NCBI GenBank assembly: GCA_016744395.1
Contig: JADGEK010000012.1
Location: forward strand, 2,986 to 66,985
Source: Gammaproteobacteria bacterium
GTDB lineage: Bacteria; Pseudomonadota; Gammaproteobacteria; GRL18
Reading direction: 5' to 3'
Length of the DNA stretch: 64,000 nucleotides
In this document: in pieces, positions 38,906 to 48,259 of the stretch
Layout of the letters: every line of letters begins with the position of its first letter
How positions within the stretch are numbered: the first letter of the stretch is position 1
The notes under the pieces: generated by a model
The model's database searches: none
Told to the model about the DNA's origin: nothing
What the model saw: the letters and a program-made list of their open reading frames with translations, nothing else
Made by a program: the position numbers and the translations under genes

Positions 38906-40552
38906 TTAAATCTTAAACTGTTGAATATAGCCTTGAAGTTCAACAGCCATACCAGAAAGTTCATTAGCGGAATGTTCGTTTTTACTGGAGTTTTCAGCCG
39001 TAACACCAGCAATTTTACTAATATTGTGGATATTTTTATCAATAGTCTCACTCACTTGACTTTGTTCTTTTGCTGCATCGGCTATATGGGCATTCATATT
39101 ATTAATAAGCTGAATGGCATCAATAATTTCATCTAATGCCTTACCAGCATCAGCAGCAGTTTCGACTGCTGAACTTCCTTTTTTACGGCCCTCGGACATA
39201 ACATTTACTGCATTTTTTGCTCCAGATTGCAAACGGTCAATCATTTGTTCTATTTCAGCCGTGGATTCTTGTGTTTTAACCGCCAGGGTTCTAACTTCAT
39301 CGGCAACGACTGCGAACCCTCTACCCTGTTCACCAGCTCTTGCTGCTTCAATTGCTGCATTTAAGGCAAGTAAATTGGTTTGTTCAGCAATTCCTTTAAT
39401 AACATCCAACACAGAACCAATATTTTCGCTGTCTTCTTGTAAGTGAGCAAGAACACCAGAAGCACTGTCAACCTCTTTAGCGAGATCTTCAATCGCATTT
39501 ATGGTTTTAGTTACAATCTGCTGTCCCTGTTTCGTATTATGCATCGCTTTTTCGGCAACATCTGCGGCATTTGCTGTACTTGACTCTACTTCTTGGATAG
39601 AAGATGTCATTTGAGTAATAGCCGATGCAACATCGTCAGTAGCTTGTTGTTGCTTGGTAATTGCTGAATGGTTTTCGCGTGTAATTTCCCCAACATGGTC
39701 AACTGAAGCGCTCACTTGACTCGAAGAATTTACGATTTGGCGAATTAAGTGTTGTAGCTTATCTAAAAACTGATTGAATGTTTTGGATAAAATACCTAAC
39801 TCATCATTACTTTTAACATCAATACGAACCGTTAAATCACCCTGACCAGAAGCAATATCGCTAACTCTTTCTATGATTTTATTGATCATTGCACAAGCAG
39901 TTTTGGGTAATACAAAGCTAACCAGTAAACAAAATAGTACTCCAATTACTGAAGTGACTAAAGAGGTTGTTATACTGGCTTCAGATTCTTGATAAGCGTG
40001 TTGTGTCACTATGTCAATTTCTTTCTCTATTTCCTCAGTCATTTCATCAATAATAGAGCGGATCTCATTGAAAGCCTGGTCAGCTTGACCAAAACTTAAA
40101 TCAATAGCAGTTTGTCTTCCTGTAGCTTTATCGGCAGTTCGTTCTGATTGAACTTTAAGTGTTAACGGTTTCCATAATATGTGTTTTTTTAAAGCTAATT
40201 TGGCTTTATCCTTTAAATGTTGACTTGAAATAAGCTGAGAAAATTTTCCAAGACGTTGTTCTACTTGTTCAATATTCTCATTATGTTGCCCGACTAAGGC
40301 TTTAAATTCATTAGATTGTGCTTCAACAAAAATAAAACTGCGCTCTGCAACTTGGGCTTGATAGAGATCCCTATCTGCTTGAAGAAGTATATCAATACTA
40401 GGTAGATACTCATCGGCTATTTTTTTTAAGTTGCTGTCTTGTGTGTTAAGGCCAAGAACTCCAACGCTGGAAATAATAATAATTAGGATGGCTATGATAA
40501 AAAGCGGAATAGCAAGCTTCCAGCGAAAACTTAAATTATTTAAAAAATTCAT
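38906..40552 (-). CDS. Methyl-accepting chemotaxis protein
   Basis: Two TM segments, four-helix periplasmic sensor, [38 protein letters not shown]. Confidence 0.95.
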   Translation of the reverse strand: MNFLNNLSFRWKLAIPLFIIAILIIIISSVGVLGLNTQDSNLKKIADEYLPSIDILLQADRDLYQAQVAERSFIFVEAQSNEFKALVGQHNENIEQVEQRLGKFSQLISSQHLKDKAKLALKKHILWKPLTLKVQSERTADKATGRQTAIDLSFGQADQAFNEIRSIIDEMTEEIEKEIDIVTQHAYQESEASITTSLVTSVIGVLFCLLVSFVLPKTACAMINKIIERVSDIASGQGDLTVRIDVKSNDELGILSKTFNQFLDKLQHLIRQIVNSSSQVSASVDHVGEITRENHSAITKQQQATDDVASAITQMTSSIQEVESSTANAADVAEKAMHNTKQGQQIVTKTINAIEDLAKEVDSASGVLAHLQEDSENIGSVLDVIKGIAEQTNLLALNAAIEAARAGEQGRGFAVVADEVRTLAVKTQESTAEIEQMIDRLQSGAKNAVNVMSEGRKKGSSAVETAADAGKALDEIIDAIQLINNMNAHIADAAKEQSQVSETIDKNIHNISKIAGVTAENSSKNEHSANELSGMAVELQGYIQQFKI

Positions 40553-40968
40553 AATATCCTCATCTTATTGGTACATTCTAGATTTATATATCGAATCAAT
40601 AAAATCTGATTACAAATCATTATTATTTTTCATGTTCTAGCATCAGCATTAAATGCAAATATATTATTAATATAGATCAAAAATAGTCATTGTCAAAATT
40701 AATTAGTTTAGCAATGTTTATGATAAGCATGGTTAAGATACGGGCGTGCTCTAAGAAAAAAACTATGCTTTGATTATTTGTATCAGTGATTACACACATG
40801 GCTGGCTTGATTTACCAAGTGATAGCAAAAGAAACCGATAAAACTATTTTTCGCCTAAAATATTATTTTATTGTAATAATGCTGTCACAAACATCATATA
40901 TCCTATTCTTATTCACACCCTTTGTTTTAATAAATTATGAATGAACATTTAAGTAATGGTTAACCCTA

Positions 40969-41274
40969 ATGAAACTTAAAAAAACACTAAGTCATCTAAA
41001 AGACCTTTTTACAAAAAAAGAACCCAATAAAAAATATAATGACAAAATGAACATGATATTGGATCAGCTGAAAGGCAAAGCAATTCAACTTGAAATTCAA
41101 CTGGAAAGTGAAGAGAACGAAAGAGAACGTAAAAAAATATACCTGAAGCTTAAAGTTATTAATAAACAGATTAGAAAGGGTGAAAAACTAATACAAGAAA
41201 GGGTAAAAGTCCCTCTTAAGCAAAAGAAAGTCACTGAAACACAGCTCGCAGCGATTTCAGTCTACGAGAAATGA
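40969..41274 (+). CDS. Small Lys-rich coiled-coil hypothetical protein
   Basis: 101-aa ORF, heptad-rich and highly basic. Confidence 0.6.
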   Translation: MKLKKTLSHLKDLFTKKEPNKKYNDKMNMILDQLKGKAIQLEIQLESEENERERKKIYLKLKVINKQIRKGEKLIQERVKVPLKQKKVTETQLAAISVYEK

Positions 41275-41368
41275 TGGCTGAAATACAAAAAATGAATAGA
41301 CTGTATTTTCAATTTATTGATTAAAAAATAGCATTTAATTTCCTGGGCTTATTCAGGTGCTGAACCCA

Positions 41369-41954
41369 TTATTCGTCAGTACCAATACTTCCACCCATAT
41401 CAGAGACCAGCCGCTGATATTCAGTATCCTTATGTAATAAATTCCGCCCACCGATAACAAGCTTGTCGACAGTTTCTTCACTGAGAGCAAAACTGGTTGG
41501 TATTTTGTTAAAGAAGGTTTGCAGTTTAGGCTCTCTTATACTCTGTAAGCCAATATTAATAATGTAAGCCTAGATTTGTCTTTGAGGCATTGATATCTCT
41601 TTTGCCCAACGCTCGACACTACGCTTCATTAATTCCTGAGTAGTAAGTAGTACTATTATATCGATGCAATTGAACATCACTCATCGCTGAAATGGTCTCA
41701 CCAATAGAAGGTTCCTCACGACTAAACGACATGTCAGGTCTGGGTTGTGTTAATGCTGCGGCACGAGTGCCTCCTCCTGAGAAGCTTAAAATGAGTGTAA
41801 TATCATCCTTAGTATCTTCTTTAGCCCAGGAATGCCAGGAATAACCATCATAGTCAACAGTCTTTTGGGGGAGGTTATCAATAACCCCATAAGACGTGCA
41901 ACCCACCATAATAAAAGCAACGAGTAAGTTGATTGTGAGGTAGTATAGAGGCAT
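41369..41954 (-). pseudogene. Patatin-like phospholipase lipoprotein remnant
   Basis: Lipobox MVG-C and SFSGGGTRAAA are joined directly to C-terminal sequence (GxSxG and DGG are missing). 7-bp duplication frameshift at 41639-41652 and in-frame TAG at 41570-41572. The patatin tail IPTSFAL..E.VDKL...GR.LL ends at TAA 41369. Confidence 0.8.
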
Positions 41955-42196
41955 TACTCACTGTATTCCTGGTAGGCTTTAGACCCCCCCATGATTAATG
42001 CCCCTAGACCTGCACCAATGAGTGTTGATTTACGGTTGTCACCAATAATAACTCCAGCAGCAGCTCCACCGACAGCCCCAATTGCAGCACTTTGGGTAAT
42101 TGCCATGCCTTTGTGGTTTGTGGGTGTATTGTATGGATTAGTAGAGCAACCTGTTGCTATGACAAAAACAAGTGATACAAATATAATATTTTTCAT
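41954..42196 (-). CDS. Glycine-zipper lipoprotein
   Basis: Lipobox ATG-C; GAVGGAAAGVIIG...GAGLGALIMGG. Confidence 0.8.
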   Translation of the reverse strand: MKNIIFVSLVFVIATGCSTNPYNTPTNHKGMAITQSAAIGAVGGAAAGVIIGDNRKSTLIGAGLGALIMGGSKAYQEYSE

Positions 42197-42372
42197 AATC
42201 TCTGTCCGTTTTTTAAATTAAGGCTATTATAAACGTAAGAACCTGAATCAAATATGAACCAATAACTACAATAGTTTATCGATCAGTTATTGATAAATTA
42301 TATTGTTCTTAATCAAATAGATACTAATAATAATTAATGTTAAATGTAAGTCTGGCTCATGGAAATATTTTC

Positions 42373-42400
42373 ATACGGATAAGGCATGCCTTGTCTCTAT
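42373..42400. repeat. REP-like palindrome
   Basis: Minus strand ATAGAGACAAGGCATGCCTTATCCGTAT, a decayed GTAGAGACAAGGCATGCCTTGTCTCTAC-type unit overlapping the dacB stop codon. Confidence 0.5.
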
Positions 42401-43626
42401 TTAAAAATCCCCTTATACATTGTATTTGCCACTGTATAGCGATCACTCCCCCACTTAGATTGGTTTAACATGATCACAAAGGGATAGCTTTCTCCTTTTG
42501 GTGAAAGCATAAAACCTGTATAAGTTGATATTCCTTTAAGAGTGCCTGTTTTTGCTTGAAATCGTCCTTTATCGATTCTTAATAAATCCTGATGTGGTTT
42601 AAAATGATTGAGTATTTCTATCATTTGATTAGCAGTAAACTGATTGTTCCGAGATAAACCAGAGCCTTCTTCTAAAGTAAAATGATTAATACCTATGGTA
42701 TTCATTAAAAATTCTGAAACAGCCTGTCGCCCTTTGTTGAGATCAGCAGGTGCACCTTTTTGCTGTCCGCCCAAAATAATAAAGAGTTGATTGGCTATTA
42801 GATTATTGGAAAATTTTAATAAACTTTTAATAATATTTGATATCGGTTTTGATTGATGTGTATAAATAATTTTTGAGTTCTCAGGCATTTCTTGATTGAT
42901 AATCTTAAGTGGCACATTTATTCCTTCGTTTCTAAGAAATATTTGCATCAGTTCAGAAAAATATCGTAGAGTTAACTTGCTATTTTGCCCAATATTAATA
43001 CGATGCTTACCTGCTGATAACTTTTTTGCCAATGAGATTGCCGTTGGCGTCAATGGCGTTTGTTGCTCAGCACTGATGAGCAACCCCTTTCTTGTTCGGT
43101 GTACATTGATGGTATTATAATTGGCTACCAATGCGCCCACTGTTGAGTCATAGGGATTGTTGCTATTTGATTGGCCATGTATTTTTAGATTAGAATTAAA
43201 AAAGCTGGTATCAAGCCAGAATCCTTTTAAAGGAACACCTGATTTGCTTTTTAATTTCTTTTTTAGTTGTTTGGCAATGGCCGATAATGATTCTGAAACC
43301 AGTGATGGGTCACCAAAACCTTTTACACCCAAATAGTGATCTTCTGTGAGGTAAAATTCAGTTTTAATTCTATAGTCTTTGCCTAATTTTGAAATAAATG
43401 CATCTGCAGTTGCGATTTTTAAAATGGATGCAGGAATCATTTTTTTTTCAGCATTATGAGAAAAAATGGTATTACCTTTTGGGTCCTGGACTACAATAGA
43501 ACCACCCTTGAGCTGGGGTATAATCTGGCTTGTCCAGTTGCTGGCATGACAATCAGCAAACAATAACAGGGTGATAAATAGGATTATTTTATACATTAAC
43601 AAGATCTTCATGAATGAGTGGAGCAT
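42397..43626 (-). CDS. dacB: D-Ala-D-Ala carboxypeptidase/endopeptidase (PBP4, peptidase S13)
   Basis: PASILK (SxxK), G.GDP.L, SNN (SxN), EGSGLSR.N, AKTGTL. The start may be slightly downstream. Confidence 0.88.
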   Translation of the reverse strand: MLHSFMKILLMYKIILFITLLLFADCHASNWTSQIIPQLKGGSIVVQDPKGNTIFSHNAEKKMIPASILKIATADAFISKLGKDYRIKTEFYLTEDHYLGVKGFGDPSLVSESLSAIAKQLKKKLKSKSGVPLKGFWLDTSFFNSNLKIHGQSNSNNPYDSTVGALVANYNTINVHRTRKGLLISAEQQTPLTPTAISLAKKLSAGKHRINIGQNSKLTLRYFSELMQIFLRNEGINVPLKIINQEMPENSKIIYTHQSKPISNIIKSLLKFSNNLIANQLFIILGGQQKGAPADLNKGRQAVSEFLMNTIGINHFTLEEGSGLSRNNQFTANQMIEILNHFKPHQDLLRIDKGRFQAKTGTLKGISTYTGFMLSPKGESYPFVIMLNQSKWGSDRYTVANTMYKGIFK

Positions 43627-43938
43627 ATTTTTTTATATGTAACACTTTCAAAGGTTTCACGATTGGACTCTTTCATTTACTATGTGATTCAAAGAATTTT
43701 TTTTATCGAATTTTAGGAAAATTTAATCACTGATATATCAAATAAATGAGTATAAACCTTATTTTTAGATAAAATAAGAAATAACTTTCCTATATAAAAA
43801 AGAAACAATGAATTATAGGTTATAGGATAGGATATATCTTACATATAAGATATCTTTATAGACTGTTTATAGGTAAATATTCACGTTTGTGTGATAATTA
43901 GCCAAGAGTAAATATCTAACACACATTGGAGAATAACA

Positions 43939-44154
43939 TTGAATTTATTTAAAAATAATGTCGGTAAAATTGATCGTGTCATTAGACTGGTTGTGGGTAT
44001 TATTTTAATTGGAAATGTTTTTTATGCACTGCACCATCCTATCGGTTGGGTTGGTATCATATTGATTGTGACAGGAATTGCAGGTAAGTGTCCTCTTTAT
44101 TCAATACTTGGTCTTAATACTAAAACATTGTCCGAAAAAGCAGGTCTGAAATAA
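43939..44154 (+). CDS. DUF2892 (YgaP-like) membrane protein
   Basis: NVGKIDR.IR..G...TG....CPLY..LG.NT; TTG start with GGAG SD. Confidence 0.85.
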   Translation: MNLFKNNVGKIDRVIRLVVGIILIGNVFYALHHPIGWVGIILIVTGIAGKCPLYSILGLNTKTLSEKAGLK

Positions 44155-44164
44155 GGAGAGTTTT

Positions 44165-44422
44165 ATGGAAGCTCAAGGAATTATAATGATGGTGCTTATT
44201 GGTGCTTTAGCTGGATGGCTGGCAGGACTGATATTAAAAGGCAAAGGGATGGGGTTTCTTATAAATGCTGTCGTTGGGATAGTCGGAGCATTTATCGGCA
44301 GCTACCTGTTTGGCTTGATTGGTTTTTCTGTTGGCAGCGGCTTAATTGGAGCAGTCATCACATCCACAGCAGGTGCTGTGGTATTGCTTGCTATTGTTGG
44401 TGTTTTGAGAAAATCTCAATAA
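44165..44422 (+). CDS. GlsB/YeaQ/YmgE (transglycosylase-associated) stress membrane protein
   Basis: IGA.AGWLAG.I.KG.G.G...N.VVGIVGAFIG...GAVVLL. Confidence 0.88.
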   Translation: MEAQGIIMMVLIGALAGWLAGLILKGKGMGFLINAVVGIVGAFIGSYLFGLIGFSVGSGLIGAVITSTAGAVVLLAIVGVLRKSQ

Positions 44423-44542
44423 ATTTAAGTTCACTCGAATGACAAATTTAATAAAAAATAAACTATTTATGAACTTTTATTAATTGACACAAGTCAAAGA
44501 CTTAACGGCAAGTCAATGCCATTTAATCCAGAGAATAATACA

Positions 44543-45163
44543 ATGAAAAAATTACTGATTTTATGTACTTCTATCACATGTTTCTCTTTATCCAATAGTG
44601 TATTAGCTGAGCAATCAAGCTGGGATACCGTTAAACAAAAATCGGGTGAAACCTGGGAAGCAACAAAAAAAGCATCTGGTGAAACTTGGGAAGCCACTAA
44701 GGAAGCTTCTGGCGTCGCATGGGAAAAGACAAAAGAAATGTCCAATGAAACTTGGAGTAATGTCAAAGAAAGTTCTAATGATGGTTGGGACAATGCTAAA
44801 GACAATTCCAATGAAGGCTGGGATCAGGCAAAAGTACAATCCAGTGATACATGGGATAAAGCTAAAAAACAATCCAATGCAATATGGGAAGAGGCAAAAG
44901 TAAAATCAAGCCATGCATGGGATACTGTGACCGATGAAGCGACCTGGCAGGCCGCGAAAGAAAAGTCTCATTCTTATTGGATGTCTGCAAAAGAAAAATC
45001 ACATACAGTCTGGAGCGAAGCTAAGGCAGACTCTCATGAAGCATGGAATAATGGTAAAGATTATTCATATCAACAGTGGGAAAAAGCTAAAGCAATATCA
45101 GCACGTGGCTGGGATGCAAGTAAAAATAATAGTGTTGAGAGTGAACCCGCTATCACACAATAG
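44543..45163 (+). CDS. Exported LEA-like protein with Trp-anchored 11-mer repeats
   Basis: Signal peptide from ATG 44543; 16 Trp at 11-residue spacing (one 9-residue interval). Confidence 0.8.
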   Translation: MKKLLILCTSITCFSLSNSVLAEQSSWDTVKQKSGETWEATKKASGETWEATKEASGVAWEKTKEMSNETWSNVKESSNDGWDNAKDNSNEGWDQAKVQSSDTWDKAKKQSNAIWEEAKVKSSHAWDTVTDEATWQAAKEKSHSYWMSAKEKSHTVWSEAKADSHEAWNNGKDYSYQQWEKAKAISARGWDASKNNSVESEPAITQ

Positions 45164-45259
45164 TCAATCTATTGATGTATGGTGCTTTATTAGCTGCTCC
45201 CTCTGCACCAAAAGTAGATACCTGAGGCGAAGGAGGAACCTGAAGAAATAGAAAATTCT

Positions 45260-46192
45260 TTATTCTCTTGCCAATTGGGCCGTAAATAAAAGCGAGCTAA
45301 AAGCCTCACCGTCTTTATAAGAAAGCGCCAGTTTGCCATTAACAAAACTGTATTTTTCAATATTTGAAAGCGCCTTTAGGAAACGAGATTCAAGCTCCAT
45401 CAAGTCTTCAGGGCAAGCCATACGTGTTCCCCCTGTTTTGCTGATATTAAGCTCTCCTATAGACTTGCCTGGTTTAATACTAGCGAAATAATGATTACAG
45501 CCACTTCGACCTGATATTTTATCACCTTCAACTTGCAGAGTAATATTAATATCTTTAGGCAAGGCTTCACGCCAGTTGATATGAGTTAACCTCCATTGGA
45601 CACCTTCAAGGTCAGTCATTGAAACTGACCCAAGCGATTGGGCTTTACTTTCTATCAATTGATTATTCTTCAATGACCAGCTACGCAATACTTTATGGGT
45701 TGGACAACATGCCGCATCATTATGAGTTGCCTGAATAACATCTAATTCAATTTTTCCTTGATTGACCCGTCCCATTCTTAATTGAACTCTATCGCCAATG
45801 AGATGAGTGGACAGATTAGCTATTTTATTATTTTGAGAGCCTAATATTGCCATAAAGACACGAGTGCCTGAACCACCTGAACTTTCCCATAAAAAAACCA
45901 CACGCTCATCAGAACCATTGCCATCCACATCACCAATAAATGAAAAATCTTTGATAAGACCCACTGTTGGTCTGGATGCACCACCTTTCACAAAGGGAAC
46001 TCCTGACCATTTCCCATCTTTTAAGTGAACATTTTTATTTTTATAAATGCCATGGTAAACAGCATCCATGGCAATACTCATGCCTGGAGTGCCAGGAGAG
46101 GCATCAGATGAACTTGCTACACTGGCATTAATTATTAATAGGCTAAAGCTAATTAATAATATTGATTGAAATATTGCTTTATAAGTGTTCAA
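45260..46192 (-). CDS. META (HslJ) domain exported protein
   Basis: Signal peptide, SGGSG, ACCP, L.G..W.L, SGRSGCNHY, TRMAC...M.LE..FL.AL. Confidence 0.85.
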   Translation of the reverse strand: MNTYKAIFQSILLISFSLLIINASVASSSDASPGTPGMSIAMDAVYHGIYKNKNVHLKDGKWSGVPFVKGGASRPTVGLIKDFSFIGDVDGNGSDERVVFLWESSGGSGTRVFMAILGSQNNKIANLSTHLIGDRVQLRMGRVNQGKIELDVIQATHNDAACCPTHKVLRSWSLKNNQLIESKAQSLGSVSMTDLEGVQWRLTHINWREALPKDINITLQVEGDKISGRSGCNHYFASIKPGKSIGELNISKTGGTRMACPEDLMELESRFLKALSNIEKYSFVNGKLALSYKDGEAFSSLLFTAQLARE

Positions 46193-46250
46193 TTATTACT
46201 CCAATATAAATATATTTTTTAATTCTTTAATAATAGTATATGTACAGCAG

Positions 46251-46664
46251 TTATTCTAATGCACTCATATTTGTACTATATTTATAAAGTTTTTCCCTTA
46301 TCCATATTAAAGCCTCATTTTGGTTTAAAAATGATTTTGAATCACCAACATAGTCAGCAATATGAGCCTGGCATACTTCAGTGAGACTAAATTGCAACAT
46401 TGATGACTCAACAATAGCGATAAATAAGTTCGAATTAATCTTAGAAATTTTTTGAAAAATAGTGCTAATTTCTATAATATCTTCTGCAGTGACATTGTAT
46501 TCTGAGCACCATGACTTATCAATAATCTGGTATTCCAGGTTACTTACTTTATCTTGTTGATAAATTTTATTTTGAGCGTCAATGACTTCTTTGCCATTGA
46601 CTTCATCACAAATGCGCATAATAACACCTCTACCCTCATCAACATAGTTTATGTCTATTGTCAT
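46251..46664 (-). CDS. Hypothetical protein (STAS/SpoIIAA-like fold possible)
   Basis: 137-aa ORF with C-terminal F....EA..WI; GGTGA SD. Confidence 0.6.
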   Translation of the reverse strand: MTIDINYVDEGRGVIMRICDEVNGKEVIDAQNKIYQQDKVSNLEYQIIDKSWCSEYNVTAEDIIEISTIFQKISKINSNLFIAIVESSMLQFSLTEVCQAHIADYVGDSKSFLNQNEALIWIREKLYKYSTNMSALE

Positions 46665-46688
46665 AAATCACCTTTTAATCATCATTTT

Positions 46689-46871
46689 TTAATGAAAATA
46701 CTTATCATACAAGACACCTGAAGTTTGATCTTTATAACTTGAAATGGCTTTTTCAAATGCCATTTCTAATGTATAAAGGATTTCATCAGGTAGTTTGTCA
46801 TCATTTTCAAGCTCCCATAATTTTATAAATTTTATCCAATGCTCGACTTCATCAAAAATATCATTTTCCAT
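46689..46871 (-). CDS. Small acidic hypothetical protein
   Basis: 60-aa ORF with AAGG SD, co-oriented with the 46251 ORF. Confidence 0.5.
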   Translation of the reverse strand: MENDIFDEVEHWIKFIKLWELENDDKLPDEILYTLEMAFEKAISSYKDQTSGVLYDKYFH

Positions 46872-47016
46872 TTGTTTTTTACCTTCTATTTTTATTGATA
46901 ATAAAAAAAAACAGAGTGATTTTCATGACTTAATATGACAAAAAAATTGACCTTTTCAGACAATTGAGTTATTTATAAATTGTAATGCTTTTTATCAAGT
47001 AATTTCTGAGAGAGAT

Positions 47017-48009
47017 ATGCAGACAACTATTTCCGCTCCAACGACTAAAATTCTTTATAAGCTTATGGAAAAATATGAGCTTAATAGTGAGGCGTTGTTT
47101 CTTGAAGCTGGCATACAAAAGAAAGATTTAACCAATATTAATAAAAGAATCAGTTATGAAGTACTTCATGGTTTATGGGAGCAGGCAACTACTCTAATCG
47201 ATGATCCATGTTTTGGTTTAAAAGGTGTTAATATCTGGCATCCCTCAGATTTAAGTGCCTTAGGATATGCATGGCTTACAAGTGCAACCTTAAGAGAGGC
47301 TCTGGAGCGTTTCCAACGATATATTAAAATTGCAACAGAATTTTATGAGTTTGAATTAATACAATCCAATATCGGTTATGAATTGGTGTTTCATTTTAAA
47401 GACAAAGAAACTTTGAATATGGCTCAGGTTGATGCTTCTATAGCCATTGTTATGGAAATGTGCCGCATTAATTTAGAACAATCAACAAGCCCTATTTCTG
47501 TCTTATTATCTCATTCTGAACCTGAATGTAAAAATGCGTACACTTCTTATTTTGGTTGTCCTGTTGAATTTAATCAACCTGACAATAAAATAATATTACC
47601 CATTAATATTGTCGATATACCTTTATTTAATAGTGACCCAAATCTTGCCCTGATGAATGATCAGGCCATTGTTCAATATCTTCAGAAACTCAATGATACC
47701 GATATTATATGTCAGGTAAAAAAAGTGATTACTGAACACCTGACTTTAGGCATTACCAATGAGCAAGTTGCTTATACACTTAATATGAGTGAAAGAACCA
47801 TGAATCGGCGATTAAGAGAGCAGGGATTTACATTCAAAGACATCTTAAAAGATGTTCGTATTAATTTAAGTAAATTGTACATCAAAAAAAATCAATTTAA
47901 CGTCACTGAAATTGCCTTTCAACTTGGTTTTTCAGATTCCAGTTCATTTAGCCGGGCTTTCAAACGATGGACAGGTGCATCGCCTTTAGAATATAAAAAA
48001 AGGAACTGA
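47017..48009 (+). CDS. AraC-family transcriptional regulator (OruR/VqsM-like)
   Basis: LGYA..TSATL.EAL..F.RY; MSERT..RRL; EIAFQLGFSDSSSFSRAFKRWTG.SP. Confidence 0.92.
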   Translation: MQTTISAPTTKILYKLMEKYELNSEALFLEAGIQKKDLTNINKRISYEVLHGLWEQATTLIDDPCFGLKGVNIWHPSDLSALGYAWLTSATLREALERFQRYIKIATEFYEFELIQSNIGYELVFHFKDKETLNMAQVDASIAIVMEMCRINLEQSTSPISVLLSHSEPECKNAYTSYFGCPVEFNQPDNKIILPINIVDIPLFNSDPNLALMNDQAIVQYLQKLNDTDIICQVKKVITEHLTLGITNEQVAYTLNMSERTMNRRLREQGFTFKDILKDVRINLSKLYIKKNQFNVTEIAFQLGFSDSSSFSRAFKRWTGASPLEYKKRN

Positions 48010-48259
48010 TTTTTCTTAGCCCCTATATTTATTGCTATTTAATGGAGTCTATTATATGTTTGATCTTTATGATTATATTGGATTCAATTTTTTTAATACT
48101 ATCAAAATTAGGCAGACCATCTCTGCTGGCGAATTAAATCAGAAAAAACATAACCATTCCCTGTTTAAAATTTCCTATCGTTAATTTAATTCCTCCTTAT
48201 CCTTTTTTCGTATATAATTTTAACCAGATTACAAGAAACTCAAGATAGCAGGTGATCAC

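Noticed and set aside
38890..39051. N-terminal extension of the FecR ORF overlapping the MCP gene
   Set aside because: Longest-ORF artefact; the signal peptide begins at ATG 38889.
40740..40756. IS-end-like GCTCTAAG motif (also at about 236-251)
   Set aside because: Too short, with no partner inverted repeat or transposase.
44630..45120. 33-bp periodic DNA repeats as a possible CRISPR array
   Set aside because: They are degenerate coding repeats of the 11-mer protein, with no constant repeat and unique spacer structure and no cas genes.
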